Source: Marsupella aquatica
Lineage: Eukaryota > Plantae > Marchantiophyta
Assembly (NCBI GenBank): GCA_973895155.1
Contig: OZ316896.1
Span: 13,819,542 to 13,883,541, forward strand
DNA: 64,000 nt
Direction: 5' to 3'
Positions 51,341-64,000 of the stretch are shown in pieces. The notes beneath the pieces were generated by a model. It did not search any database. It worked only from the letters and a program-made list of their open reading frames with translations, and was not told the DNA's origin. The position numbers and the translations under genes were made by a program. How positions within the stretch are numbered: the first letter of the stretch is position 1; the number at the start of each line of letters is the position of its first letter.

Positions 51341-54300
51341 TTTTTTTCCACATATTCTGAAGGATCTAAGCTGACAACACAACATCTCTAAAACATCCAC
51401 CACATGATAGCATACAAGTACATTGACACCAAGATACATAATTCACCCAGTATGGGCGACATGAAAGCCACACCAAGAGCTTCACTATAACTCCATGATC
51501 CAAACTCTCATACTCACAACGTTCACAACTACTTACTGTACTCTCTCCTTGGGACTCATAGACGGTTATCCCTTCATGAAGAGTCTAGTCACCTAATGTT
51601 AATTCAGTTAAACTTACTCTAGTTAACCTAGCCAAGGTTGAATCAAAACCCCACCAGATTCCCTGATGAGTTCGTCACAAGTTCTCAGGAAGCTGGCTCG
51701 TTTTTGAGGCTCATTCTAGCATAATTTTGCTTGTGGCCAGGATTACCAGCACATGCTTTGTGTTGTATCCCAACACAAATGTTGGTAAACAACAAGGATA
51801 GAAGGGGTGGGACCCAAGTACATTTTTGTGTTCATTGGCAAGGTTGTTCATGAGATGGATGAGTGTGGCAGGGTGGGCAAGGGCACAATTAGGTTATATA
51901 TGGAGGGCTTAAAATTGACTGGGCAAGTAACTTTGATCCTAACAAGATTCCAACTAGGTTGTGTGCATTCTTAGATTTCATTAATACCAACTTGACTGGC
52001 AAACAATTTCTATGTGTTGTGTTACAAGTGTGGCTCTTCGATTGCATATATATACTAGTATGCTAATTAATTTCTCTCAATCTATGGAGGGTGGGGCATA
52101 GTTTAGTGAGAGGGTTGTTTTCTATGGTGTGGACATTCTGCAGGAGAGCAGTACCGCACTTGGCCCAACCCATATGTGATAGAGGAGGGGTATGTGGGGT
52201 GGAAGGTGAAAAGCCTGTCTGATCTAGAATTTCATTATCCTAGTCACTTGAGCCAGAACACTAGGCCCATTTAGCTCTTTTGTTCCAGTTTTTGCATCGT
52301 CTTGCATCGTATCCCAACTTGCCATATTTACCTCTGATAGGGGCTCGCCCCCATTCACCAAATCAACCCACAAGTCAGTCCCCAACCCACAAGCCAGTCC
52401 CCAATATACCAATCTATCTACTGGGTCTCACGTGCATTCTCACCCTCAATCGCCAAATTGTGACCACAGGAAAAAGCTGGGATTGTCACCTCTTCTCGAG
52501 AATGGGATTATCATCTCTCTAGAAAAAGAGAAAAGAAAAAACAGGGATTGTCAACTCTTCTCAAGGATGGTTCCATGGGGACCTGGGATCTTGTCACACT
52601 GAGGAGGTCCCCCTCCCCCCACCCTAAATTAAGATCATCATAATAATAATTAACTCTGTCCCAAATGGGCAATATAGTACTCAACACCTTACCATATGTA
52701 CACAACACCTAGGGGGAGAGCTTGGTGCTATACAATACATCTTTTTGTGCATCTATATGAGGGAGGTCATGGGCACCAGTAGAAGATATCCCGGAAAATC
52801 CACTTCATGAAACACTGATGTCTACTACTACAAGGATCAGGGGACCACCTATTCCATCTACTCTCACTAGCGGCCAAGAAAGAAACGTACTGGCGGTCGG
52901 CCTGGTTCCAGTGCCAACGGAGCTACGGGTCAAATGATAGATCCAAACCAAGGTCCTATGCCTATCCTTATCACTACTCAAAACAGTCAGCCCCAAGTGG
53001 GTGCCACTAGGGGCAAGGAAACGACTATGAGCCCAGTAAACAGCCATCATCGATCACTAATGTCCAGGTTGAGAACTTGGGGGATCTCATTAGTCGACCA
53101 GGGCTTGTGCACCTCATGGATCTCATTGAAAGCCCTTCCATACCATGCAAGGGGACAAAAACCACCCAATCAAAATAAAAAGTAGACAGGGCCCCATGCA
53201 AAGAGACTGAACACACACAACGAAAACACCACACACTAGTCAGGCAATGGAACCCTGAAGAGCCTCCAACTGGTGGCTTTGACAGCATCCCAAAAGGTCT
53301 TAATTCTATTCTGCTGACTACTATATATCAAAACACTAAACACTATACATATGGTTCCTTTCATTTAAATTAAGAAACAACCAATTACTTGTAGCATCCT
53401 AGGGCTTGGGTCTTTCTCCTTGTAAAATGTACATATATATATGTTTATGTCTACTCACTATAATATACAATCCCACCTTTGTCCCTGAAATTTTACAGAT
53501 ATATGTTTTAGCTGTAAGAGTTCAGGGCCAAAGAATGAATATGAAGGGCCGGCAATGGGAGAGAGGGATAGGGCAACCCTGTTTGCTTGATAGCCAATGG
53601 GAACAGAGCTGTGGTAAACTAGTTGAGATGAAAATAACATAATACAGTTTGGGGGGGAGTATAAATAATTTAGTTTTGGGGGTAGGTTTGTAATTATGAT
53701 CAGTTTGGGGGGTAGTTTAGTAAACATCTGTTTGAGAAAATTCAAAGTTTTCTCTGAAAATTGAGGAAACCCATGTGTTTCACAGCTATATTAGATGTCA
53801 TGGACATATTTTATGGAAATGTATTATTTAGTACGGGATGTACAAGATTTTTTAGATACATTTTGCTTCGTTCTGGATATAAGTGATCCCTTTGATCAGA
53901 AAATGAATCCCATATCTTGGGGATCTCACTAAATGTAGCCCCTTATCACCTGTGATGTTTTGAGGTCTAGTACACCCTCAAACTCAAGAAAAAAAGTTTC
54001 AAAAAATTTATAGTCCTACTAGTTTACAAAATTGGTTACAAAACCCTACATATTATTATAAGTCTCAAAATTGGATTTAAAAGATCTTAAATTTCTTCCA
54101 AAAACTTTAAACATTTTCCTTAGGACCAATAATACTACCCTGTGCCTTGTTGCACATGATTTGGAGTTTTTGCAAAATGAGAGCCCCAAGTCCTGGACGG
54201 AGAGAGACTTTGTCCTTGTCAATCCCCATGGATTGTGTAAAGTCATCAGCTAGTTTACACCGGAAAGGAAAAGTTATATTTGGTTTTGAAAGGACTTTTT

Positions 54301-54536
54301 ACCTTTGTCAAGGGTAACCTGAATATTTTTTCCAGTGCCAAGACCAACTACTGGTTTTTGGTAGACTTGTGCATTTATTTGAGCACCTTTTGGATCATTG
54401 ATTAAGCTCAAATTTTGCAACCATATTCTCTGATGTCCATCCAATTTATCACGTCACAAAGTTTGAGATTGTGAGACTGTTTTTTGCCATTGTCAATAAG
54501 CACAAAAATGGTCAAATATTATAAATCCACTCCCAA

Positions 54537-54657
54537 AGGATGGTTCACTTTTGTGAAGGACATCCTCAGTAGTTTGGGCATGAGCAACAAATCATCATTT
54601 TTGGGAATGGATGTTTCACTTTTGTGAAGAACACCATGAGTAGTTTGGGCATAGCAA
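54537..54657. repeat. ~72-bp tandem duplication
   Basis: GGATG.TTCACTTTTGTGAAG.ACA....AGTAGTTTGGGCAT occurs twice. Confidence 0.8.
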
Positions 54658-55392
54658 TTAGTACTGGGTTCTGCAAATGGTCAAGGACCGTTTACAGTTC
54701 ACCTTTCAGGTAAATCTGTAAAAGGTCCTACACGAGTCTCTTTCCATGTTCAGTGCCAATCCATCCAACCTTCACAACCAACCAGCCAGGTCTGGACTTT
54801 ATCTCCTTTTATGAAAAATTATCTTGGTATTTTTTTGTTCTATCAAAAGTGTTGTTTGATCTAAGCTCCCCACATGTAAAATCATAACCAAATAGGGCAC
54901 AAATTAAGAGCTAGTATACACACATATAAAGCATTATTTTTGCTTCTACAGATAGTTAGACACTTTCTGTTTTATTTATTTTTAATATTTGCTTCTACAA
55001 ATAGTTAGGCACTTTCTGTTTTAGAAAACTAGAAAAACTCGTGCCATCCTCTCCGCCCCCTCCCCATCTTACAAGTCTCCTTGATTACCATAACATCAGT
55101 CTACATTAGAATTCATTCACGATAATTAGTCATAACTATAACCAAGTTATAATATATATCTGGTAACACAAATTTGGATATTCACACTATAGTTGTCCAT
55201 ATTGACACTCATGGAGAACTGTATAGGTACATTCGTAAACCTTTGATGTTTAGACTTGCTTGTGAATAAAGACGAGGGAGTCTACTGTAGGTACATTCTT
55301 GAAACTTTGATATTTAGACTTACCTGTGAGTAAAAGAGTCCGTGAAGTAGACAATGCTTGTGAATAATAAGGACAAAGATGTGACGTCGCGA

Positions 55393-55743
55393 CCCCTTCA
55401 TACGGACGGGTATTCGTGCTACTTAAAACTCACACAACATAATTATCACAAATAATAATCATATCCATCCCATCGAGACACGGGGAAGCCCGCTCCCGTA
55501 CTATCTTAGGGTTTTCTATCATTGATAAGGCGATCTCGAAGATGTGAACTCTAGGTAAGTCGAGCCCTTCATACGCACGGGTATTCGTGCTCCTTGAAAA
55601 CTCAAGACCAACATCATTATTACAATTATTATAACCCATGTATCCCATCCAAACACGGGAAAGCCCCATCCCGTACTATCTTAGCGTCTTCTATTACTGT
55701 AGTTAAGGCGAGTTGTTCATACGCACGGGGCATTCGTACTACG
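55393..55743 (+). repeat. ~170-bp tandem repeat (2.2 copies) with a Helitron-3'-end-like motif
   Basis: TTCATACGCACGGG.ATTCGT occurs three times and CCCGTACTATCTTAG twice, just upstream of the last gene. Confidence 0.75.
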
Positions 55744-56370
55744 TAACATTTGGGCGGAGAACTTGACAGAGTAATGACGGAGAGGACTTGACAGAGTAAT
55801 GACGGACAGACTGACTGACGGGGGAGTGGAAGGACAGTCCCGTACAGTGTAACGGGGGAGGGGGGGCACGTTTTACAGTGTCGAGAGGCTCGGTTGACAG
55901 TAGTAAGTACTGTGCTAATAAGGCCTACTAAGGGAGTGAGAGAGTGAGACGGAGCTGTATTTTGCATTTTGGAGATGGAGGCGCTGTGCCGGAGCAGCAG
56001 CAGCAGCAAAAGGCGCAACAACATCGAGAGGAAGTCGTAAAATGACGAAGCGGATGTGAGGAGAGAGCGATCGGGAAAGGAAAAGAGAGGGACTGATCTT
56101 CGAAGGAGATCGTCGGGCGGGCTATGGCGGATGCTTCCGGGTGGCAGAGGTGTTTTTGCGGTTCTCGTTTTGGTTTGAACGAGACGGTAGGAGAAGAGCG
56201 TGAGGCGGAGGAGTCGAGGATTTCGAGAGGGCGAGGTTGAGTTGTGTGAAACGTTGTAGAGGCGGAGCGAGGGATTGTTACGGACGGATTGGAGGAGCGA
56301 AATCATCGATCGATCAGAGAGCTGAGGAAGTGGACTGAAAGAGTTGAACGAGAGGGGAGAGGAGAAGGCG

Positions 56371-57960
56371 ATGTTCGATTTGAATGAGTTGCCGGATAAT
56401 GACGGGCCTGCTGCGGGAAGAGTTGCTTCGGCGTCGTTGTTCTCGTTTGCCACCGCAGGAGGGAGGGGAGGAGGAGAAGCGGGGCGAAGAGCAGCAGCGA
56501 AGGCGAAGGCGAAGAAGGTGGAGGAGTGCGACGACGACGAGGACGTCGTTGTTAGTGTTGGACGAGTAGAGGAAGAGGAGGAAGAGGAGGAAGAGGAGGA
56601 GCAGCAGGAAGATGATGATGATGATGACGACGACGATGAGGACGAGGATGTAGAAGGAGAAGAAGATGAAGAAGAAGAAGAAGAGGAGCAACGGCAGGTG
56701 TACTACACGAACGGGAACTCGACGAAACTCGTGAGTCAATTGTTGCGAGAGGATGATCGTCGTCAGGCTCACAAAGCAGGAAAGTCGAAAGAGCTGCCTC
56801 GTCAGAGTTTCTTGCGATTGGACAAGCCTACACCGGCGATTTGTTATACCAACGATTGGCAGCGCTCTGAAATGATCACTTACGACGAGAATGACGAAAT
56901 TGATACCGATAATGAAGTCACGGTCGCTGCTTTGGATGCCCGTGCCATTCTTGACAGCCAGATAGTGAGCAGATTGGACTCGGCCGTATCGCTAATAGTG
57001 CCAACACAGCCAAACCCCGCCGCCGCTAGTTTTGGGATTAGTAACACTCGACCTGATAAACTGGGACAGAGAACTGAATCATATTCCCGAAAATATTCGG
57101 ACTTCACCAGTTTCCACCGCCCGCATCCTAAATGGGAAGGCGTCGTGCTAGAGAAAAGAGGAGGCAGTGACAGACTCGTTGAAGAAGAACTGAAGTTTGA
57201 CTCTCGGTCATCGTTGTTACGTCCCGCGGTCGTCTCATCATCCAGGAAAGGGAAGAGAACGAGGGAGGAAGGAAATCGCGTGACTGTAGACACCGTTCTC
57301 AAGCTCAAAAGACACGCTCGTCCGACGCCAACGCTCATCGTTGCGGATGCTTATGATGGAGCTGGACCTTCGCTATCCATGTCCCTCGATCACGATGCTC
57401 CCGCTGCCGAAAACCCGTCCTTCTCGACCCCTTACAAGAGTCCCAGCAAAGGAGAGGGCAAGGGCTCGGTGGAACGTGAGGGAACCACTTCATTGTCGCT
57501 CGGAGAATCGTCTCTCGATGGTTTCATCGAAGCGTCGGCGGTCGTGAAGCGTGCTCAAGGCCACTGGTCTCTCGGGTCGAAATCCAATCTTGGTTTGTCT
57601 TCCAATAGTGCCACAGAGAAAGGGGAAAGCGGAGACGAAGTTGACGTCAAGGCCAAGGGCAAGGCCAAGCAGCTTCATTCTGTCCCTAGAGACAAGGAAG
57701 ATCAAGAAGGTCACGAACTTGGTATTGCCGGGAAGAAAGTCGAACGCGAAGGGGTACTCGGAGAGGGTGGTCGAGTGAAAGCTTTTGAGAAGCCTGTTTG
57801 GCAGGGGAAATTATATGTACAGGGTTGCAGTGCGACTGATGTCGCTGCCTACTGCTCTGTTGACCTTCAACCCACTTCAAGCTTGTGGAGCTTGCCTCCG
57901 GTTGTGACAATTGAAAATCTCGTCAATATCCAAGTGTACGTTCTGTTCCAACGTCCATAC

Positions 57961-57997
<37 letters not shown>

Positions 57998-60900
57998 TTC
58001 AGTCAGCTGAAAATTATTGCTTCTCGAGGGCGGTCTCTTATTGAAATTTATTGGTGTTTCTCGGTTTGGGCAGATTTTTCGCAGCCGCAAAACAAGCAAA
58101 TGTAGTCGAACCCGTCATGCGACTGAAGCTCTTGCCCGATGCGGATGGGGTTGGACCAAGTTTCAGCTCTCTGGTTTGTCTTCATTATTCTCACAGCTCA
58201 CTAGCAAGCCGGCCAGAATATTGTGCTATTTCCGTATTCTCTCTTTCATAGATTTGGTGCATTGCTTCTCTGTTAACTAGTATCCGTTGAGGAACTGGTC
58301 CTTCTTCCGGTGGATTTTAAGTTGGAAGGGAAGCCTATGCCTTCCATTCATAGTGTTTCGAATAGCAGTCCTGACGCCAGTGGTTGAATCCGCCTACACG
58401 GCATCTACGCAGCTGTAGCGTACCGAACTTGGCCTTCCGAGATTTTTGCCTCATCCGCTTTCCTCTAGTGTTTCTACACACACAGGAAATGCGATAAAAT
58501 GTTCAATTCCACCGAAGAATTTGAGCAGATTTATCCGGTCTTACTGTTCGTTCAAATTGTATGCGATGATAGTTTTTCAAGGCTGCAGTGTGTATACTGA
58601 TAGCGACATGCTTCAGTCTTCTACTGTTTGCCTTGCGTCACAGTTCTGGTGGTCACGAGTCTGTGCAAAGTGAGTCATGTGCATATTCTACCGTCAACGC
58701 CGTGATTACAGATGAGGACCGTGATTATTGAGCATGATGAATGAGTCTATGGACGGAGGAAAAACTGGTCGAGTCTTGTCTTATCTTGTCTTGACGAGGA
58801 GACGGAAATAACGATCAGGAATTTAGTTTCAAGGTTGTTTCGCTATAACGGTGAGCTGGCTCAGTAATTCTAGTGCGATTTAATGACAACAGTTTAGAGT
58901 TGCATATATGTTTTGAGTATCTGATACCATGCCGTTCATTTAATGTGAAGGTTACCATCGTTCACACGAGCTCGACGATGAGAGGGAGGGCCAAAGACCA
59001 ATATGGTTTACCAGAGATGCTTGGGTGGCAAACCGGATCGCGTCCCTTGCTAGACGGAGCTCCCGTATCTGCAGCAGGATCTGATTACGTCTTCATTGCC
59101 AGTCCTAAGTTGAAGCCACCTAAAGAGATCGCTGAAAGGACCTCTGCAAAGCTCTACTTGGTGCTGGGATCAAGCCTCGAACTCATTTCCACAGTGGATC
59201 GCGAGTTGTGGAGTAAGTTGCTCGAAGGGGTCGATTGGTCATGCCCTCCCGAGGACAATTACCTTTTTGGCTTCCTGTGCATATGCGAAGAGGGGAAAGG
59301 TCGCTTTGATGAGTTGGGTCGTTCCTTTGAGGCAAAATCAAAATCATCTTCTGCTGGTGTTGATGTCTCAACCACGGAGGAGCCAGATGTTCCTCCTGGA
59401 TTCCACTCAAGGAAGACGGAAGTTGTTGTAGACTGTACTGCCGATGCCAATGGGCCGGAAAGTATTGATCCAGTACAAGAAATAGTGACCTCCGAAGGTG
59501 AAGACGCTACGGTCCAAGTGGAGAGGGACGAGGAAAGAATTCTGCCAGATGGTATTCAACCGATTATCCTCAAAGATCAGAAAGGACACAGTTTAGATAG
59601 CAATCACGAAGCCGGGTGGACGGAGAAAATCAGGGAGAGGAAAGAGAATCATAGCAGCCTTCGCCATATTCATAGTCCTACGAGAGATGACGGCCGTAAA
59701 GATCGAGATAGGCAACGAGACCGGGATCGAGATCTACGGGGCAGGGAAAAGGACAAAGACATGAGAATCTCTAACAAAGATGGTTACAGACACTCGCACA
59801 GGTCTAGTGACAAAGCAGATTTGTCGAAGCGAGACCGATCAAAAGACAGAGAAGGCGCTAGAGTAAGGGAGACGTCACACAGAGACTCTCACCGTGATCC
59901 TACCGACAGGTCGAAGAGCGGAAGGGAGAGGATTAAAGAATTTGAGAAGCAAAAGGATCGGCAACGGGACAAAGACAAGGAAAAAGAAAAAGAAAAAGAA
60001 AAAGAAAGGGAAAGACCAATGAAAAAACGAGCTCGTTCTCCAGAGCCTGAAAAGGGTACTATTGACGATAAAAAGTGTGTTTTGGAGTATGAGAAAGCCA
60101 CGTCGAGCGCGAGACAAGAGGAGAGCGAGGCCTCACTGCTTGAGCTGTCAAAGGAGAGTAGAAAAAGAAGTAGAGTTGACACTGAGGAGGTCAACGAAAC
60201 TAACGCTGCTGTGAGTAAGGTAAACGCGGTCCAGCTTGAGACTGAAGATACCAAGCTTGCACGTAGTAACTTAGAGACTGTGACCGAGCCTGTCAAGGCC
60301 GTTTCTTTTCAAGAGTTAAGACAGGCGGACGGATTAGGGCAAGGCTCATCTCGCGGACTAGTCACAAAGTCAGAGAACGTCGAATCACGGGGTGATGCAG
60401 AGACTGTCACTTCTGTGGGAAAGGTGATGCAGAAAGAGGTAGTTGATCAAGCTGATCAAAACGACCAGAACGAGACAGCTGAGAGAGTTATACAGATGGT
60501 TCAAACGGCTCAAAATGAGAACGCTGACGAAATTCCTCCTGGATTCGAAGGGCAGACTGCCAACCGCGTGTTCTCTAAACCTGCCCCTGCACACAACAGG
60601 GCTGACCGAACTCTGCCCCCGAACATCGTTGTGGGTCCTGTGCATGGCACAAATGGAGAGGCGATTGATACGACGCGGGTTGTGGATCTTGGGGCCAATA
60701 TCGTCACGGTAACACAAGAAGAGAGGCAGGTGGATGGTGGAGATTCCCGGGTATTTAGTGTCGTGGATAAATGTGGAACTTCTCAGGCTGATGAGCATCC
60801 AATCAAGGGCCATAGGAAGGACGCAGGGCAGGTAGAAACCGGGGTTCATAATGTTAGGGATGGTAAGGTTGATGTCCACGATAGGGCAGGGGTTGCACGC

Positions 60901-63900
60901 ATTATCGAAGCTTCTGCTTCTGAACCCTCGTATAGTCCGAAGGAGGAAAAGATTAACGACGTTGAGAAGCGGGATGATGTCCAACGGCCTAAGTCAAAGG
61001 CTCTTTCTGTTCGGGTTGACGTCGAAGGGCATAAGTCCGATGATAATGAGGTGAACCAAGATTCAGGAGTGCCACCCAGAAAATATGAGGAGGAGGCTTG
61101 CACACCTGTATTTAAGTCGGCCACTTTAGAGGGGGAGGATCAACACAGTAGCCTCTTGGGAGTTGAATCTCTCTCGTCAGCTACGGATAACGGTTCATCT
61201 CCGGATTTATCAGCTGAAGTCAGCTCTGAGACCTTGTTGGAGGGTTGTGATAAGGAGACAAGAAGCTGGCTTGTGTCCAAACAGAGCGCGCGTTACTTTA
61301 TGGAGGAGTTTGGTAAAGCATTTACTCTTCCCCTTGTTGTGTTATGTCCATCGAGAAGACGCAAATTGGTTTACCTCGATTGGATCATTTGTCTTGCTGT
61401 CCTTATCAATATTTGACTGGACCAGCTGTGCAATCCGTAGTATTTCCATACTGTAGTGACCTCTCAGCCAGGACAGCTACTGCCCGGTTTGGAAAGGATA
61501 ACACTGTTTGACTGACTTCGGTCTGAAGGTATTGTACACTGGAGCTTTCTCTGTCTCAATTGCATTCCCTACTGCGTTGTGGTGTAGGTGTTCGAATAAG
61601 ACTCGAAGATGTCCAAGCAAAGCCCGACTCACATGCGAAACCTCCTCAAGGTACATGTCAACTTTCTCTTGGTTGGGAGTTCCTTTCATTGGTTGGAAGT
61701 TCCTTTCATTACAACGAGACGACGTTCTTTGGCTAACAGTGAAGATGGAAAATTTGAATATTTTCGTCATCCCATGAATGTAGTCAGTCCGAACACTGCT
61801 GTATTTATCTTGTTTGCATTTTCCTTTGTTCAAGCTTTTTCCTTCCCAGGTTGATTGCAGGTGCTGTAGTCTACTATAGACTTGGTACGAGTAAAGCAAT
61901 AATACTGTGGATGAGCGGACGTCGAGTGCACAACCTCCTACATGGAATGCATTGAACTCATGTTGTATCTCTTTCTTATATCTTGCCATTCATTGTTCCA
62001 GGGCCTGTTGATGTCAAGGTCTTTCTGGTAACAGAGAAATCGACAGATACAAACGAAGGAAAGTGGTTTATAAAGCAAGCGGCTTTTGTGCTGCAAGCTA
62101 TTTCGTCACGTGGAGTGTTCTCGAAGTGTTTATGGTATCAAGGCCAGGTGCAGCGATACGCTGGTGACCGGGCCCCCCCAATCCAGGTAATCGTAAAGAG
62201 ATTCAAGGGAGAGGATGGAAAGAATCTGGAAAAAATACAGGAAGAAACGGGTGTTATGATTGGTATTGTAAGGAATGGGATTGGTAACTCCTCGCGAGTG
62301 ATTGGTCTTAGGCTGAAGGGCATAAGGAAGAAGGATATCCAGGAAGCAACTAAACAAGTGGAGCTCCTGTTGTCACAAGTGGCGTTACATTTTTTGAAAG
62401 GCACTCGGGCTAAACACACTGTCTCACAAGACGCTGCTCTGTTGAAGCTTAAAGTGGACTGCTCTACCAGTACATCTCCTTCTTCAGGTATTCTGACACC
62501 AATGCAGAAAGATGTATTTGCAGCCTATTCCCCCGTCTCTCCTGTTGCCGCCCTGTCACCTCTAGGATCTTTCAACCATAAGATGGATGAGCCTTCTATT
62601 GACGCAGCAATTACTGCCTCTTTAACAGCACCAACTTCAGTGATTCCTGATTCTACCGTCAACGGCAATCCTACTCCTGCAAACGTTGGAGATTTTGCTT
62701 CTCAATCTCATCAGTCTGAAGATGAACACCCTGATAAAGGGCGCAGGCTTCCTGATCTAGACGCCAAGTACCCTCGACCTCTTTTAGTCAGTAACCTGCC
62801 AGAGCGTGCATCAGCGTCCATGTTGAGAGAGCTGTTCGAGGATGTTTTGAAGGTGAAGTTCGGGTTACCTTCTAGCTATGAAGGGGTTTCAGACCTAATC
62901 CTGGATGTCAGATTTTCCCCTGACAAATTATGCGCCTTCGTGGAATTTTCATCAGATGAGCTTCTGCTGGAAGTATTGAAGATTTATGCTGACAACAAGC
63001 CTGCTTTCTATGGCTTGACCTTAGAGCTGGGGTCTTCGGCAAGTCTTAACAAATTGGAGAGGATGATTCTGGCTGCTCGAACTGAATCCACAACCAAGGG
63101 ATTGGAATATAGTGGTGATATCATGGACTCCTTAAAACTCTCGAGGTCAAGAATTGGAAGGAAAGCTCATAACAGCGATGACCATTCCTTAAGAGTTGCG
63201 ACATTACGCAGTAGCCCAGACAGTGATGGTGATGTAAGTCATGAGCGACAGTTTGGTGGTCGCGATGGAACTGGTACTTACCTGCGGGTGAGTGAGAAAC
63301 CAAGTCCATTATTTTTGACAGAGTTGATGAGAAACTCATCTGCACGCTCGATACATAATTTGTTTGAGGACATCATAAAGAAGTACATAAACCCTTCCCT
63401 TGGGAATTTCAAAGGAAGAGCGACAGTACTGGATGTTAGATTCATTCCGTCTAGGGGCTGTGCCTTTGTCGATCTAGCCACGCCTGAACTTGTAGACTTT
63501 ATGTTAGACTTGCACATTCGGAGGCCTGAGATTTTTTTCCACATGAAGATGGAGATCGGACGAAGGCCCGTGCCACTTGGTCATGGAGAAGAAGAGCCAG
63601 TCGTGAAAAGGCCGAGCCATCTTGGTCGGAATCCTCTAGTAGAAGAGTCTCACAGTTATCCGTCTGGCAGAAGGGCCCGTGGGCGTTATCCTTCAAGCAG
63701 TCCTCCCCCTTCCAGGAGAAATGAACTGGCAGCCATGGATAACGAATACATTGATGACTATGAGGACGATGAGGAGGACGAGAGACAACCGATTGCTTCA
63801 AGGAAGCGCAGGTCGGATCCAGAAAGGACTGTTTATGCTGATAGACTGCCTGATAATGCATCCGAAGGCATGATAAGACGAATTTTTGAACGTGTCTTGC

Positions 63901-64000
63901 GAGACAACATGACAGACGAACAGCGAGAAGTGCTCGGAGATGATATTATAACAGAAGTTAGATACGTTCCAACAAAATTTTGTGCCTTCATTGTGTTTGT
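56371..64000 (+). CDS. Large nuclear RNA-binding protein, 3'-truncated by the window: EAR motif, acidic tract, SPOC-like domain, RD/RE-rich region, KH-like domains and at least 3 RRMs
   Basis: Exons ~56371-57935, 58074-58173, (junction unresolved) ~59073-61312, 61588-61650, 61861-61884 and 62002->64000. The last is an open frame missed by the ORF track because it has no stop in the window. Motifs: MFDLNELP, VWQGKLYV...LYLV...YLFGFL, FKGEDGKNLEKIQEETGVMI, and RNP1-like CAFVEF, GCAFVDL, CAFIVF. Confidence 0.8.
57964..57995. repeat. (GA)n microsatellite in an intron
   Basis: About 16 GA units; they account for the spurious ERERER run in ORF 56344-58044. Confidence 0.95.

Noticed and set aside
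52500-53420. LTR retrotransposon remnant
   Set aside because: No paired LTRs, PBS or pol motifs could be supported.
55629-56772. Minus-strand ORFs of 274 and 152 aa
   Set aside because: These are low-complexity shadows of the purine-rich leader and acidic tract of the plus-strand gene.

Overview
Eukaryotic nuclear DNA from a land plant. GT-AG introns, plastid-targeted gene products and the TE types suggest a non-seed plant such as a liverwort or other bryophyte, but that is inference only. Seven protein-coding genes are supported: (1) an intronless kinesin-14 of KCH type with only half a CH domain; (2) an 11-12-exon ankyrin-repeat Raf-like kinase (VIK/ILK type); (3) intronless plastid NDPK2; (4) an 8-exon plastid SAM methyltransferase (At4g29590-like); (5) a 6-exon plastid rhodanese (STR14-like) with a GC-AG intron; (6) intronless THF1/Psb29; and (7) a large gene running off the window end with an unusual EAR / SPOC-like / RD-rich / KH-like / 3xRRM architecture. 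Intergenic DNA is full of TE debris: two ~1.5-kb inverted copies of one element bracketing THF1, MITEs, a tRNA-derived SINE with a target-site duplication, a decayed ZNF862-type hAT transposase, LINE and Helitron remnants, and several tandem arrays. I found no tRNA, rRNA or CRISPR. All family assignments come from reading motifs by eye, not from database searches.
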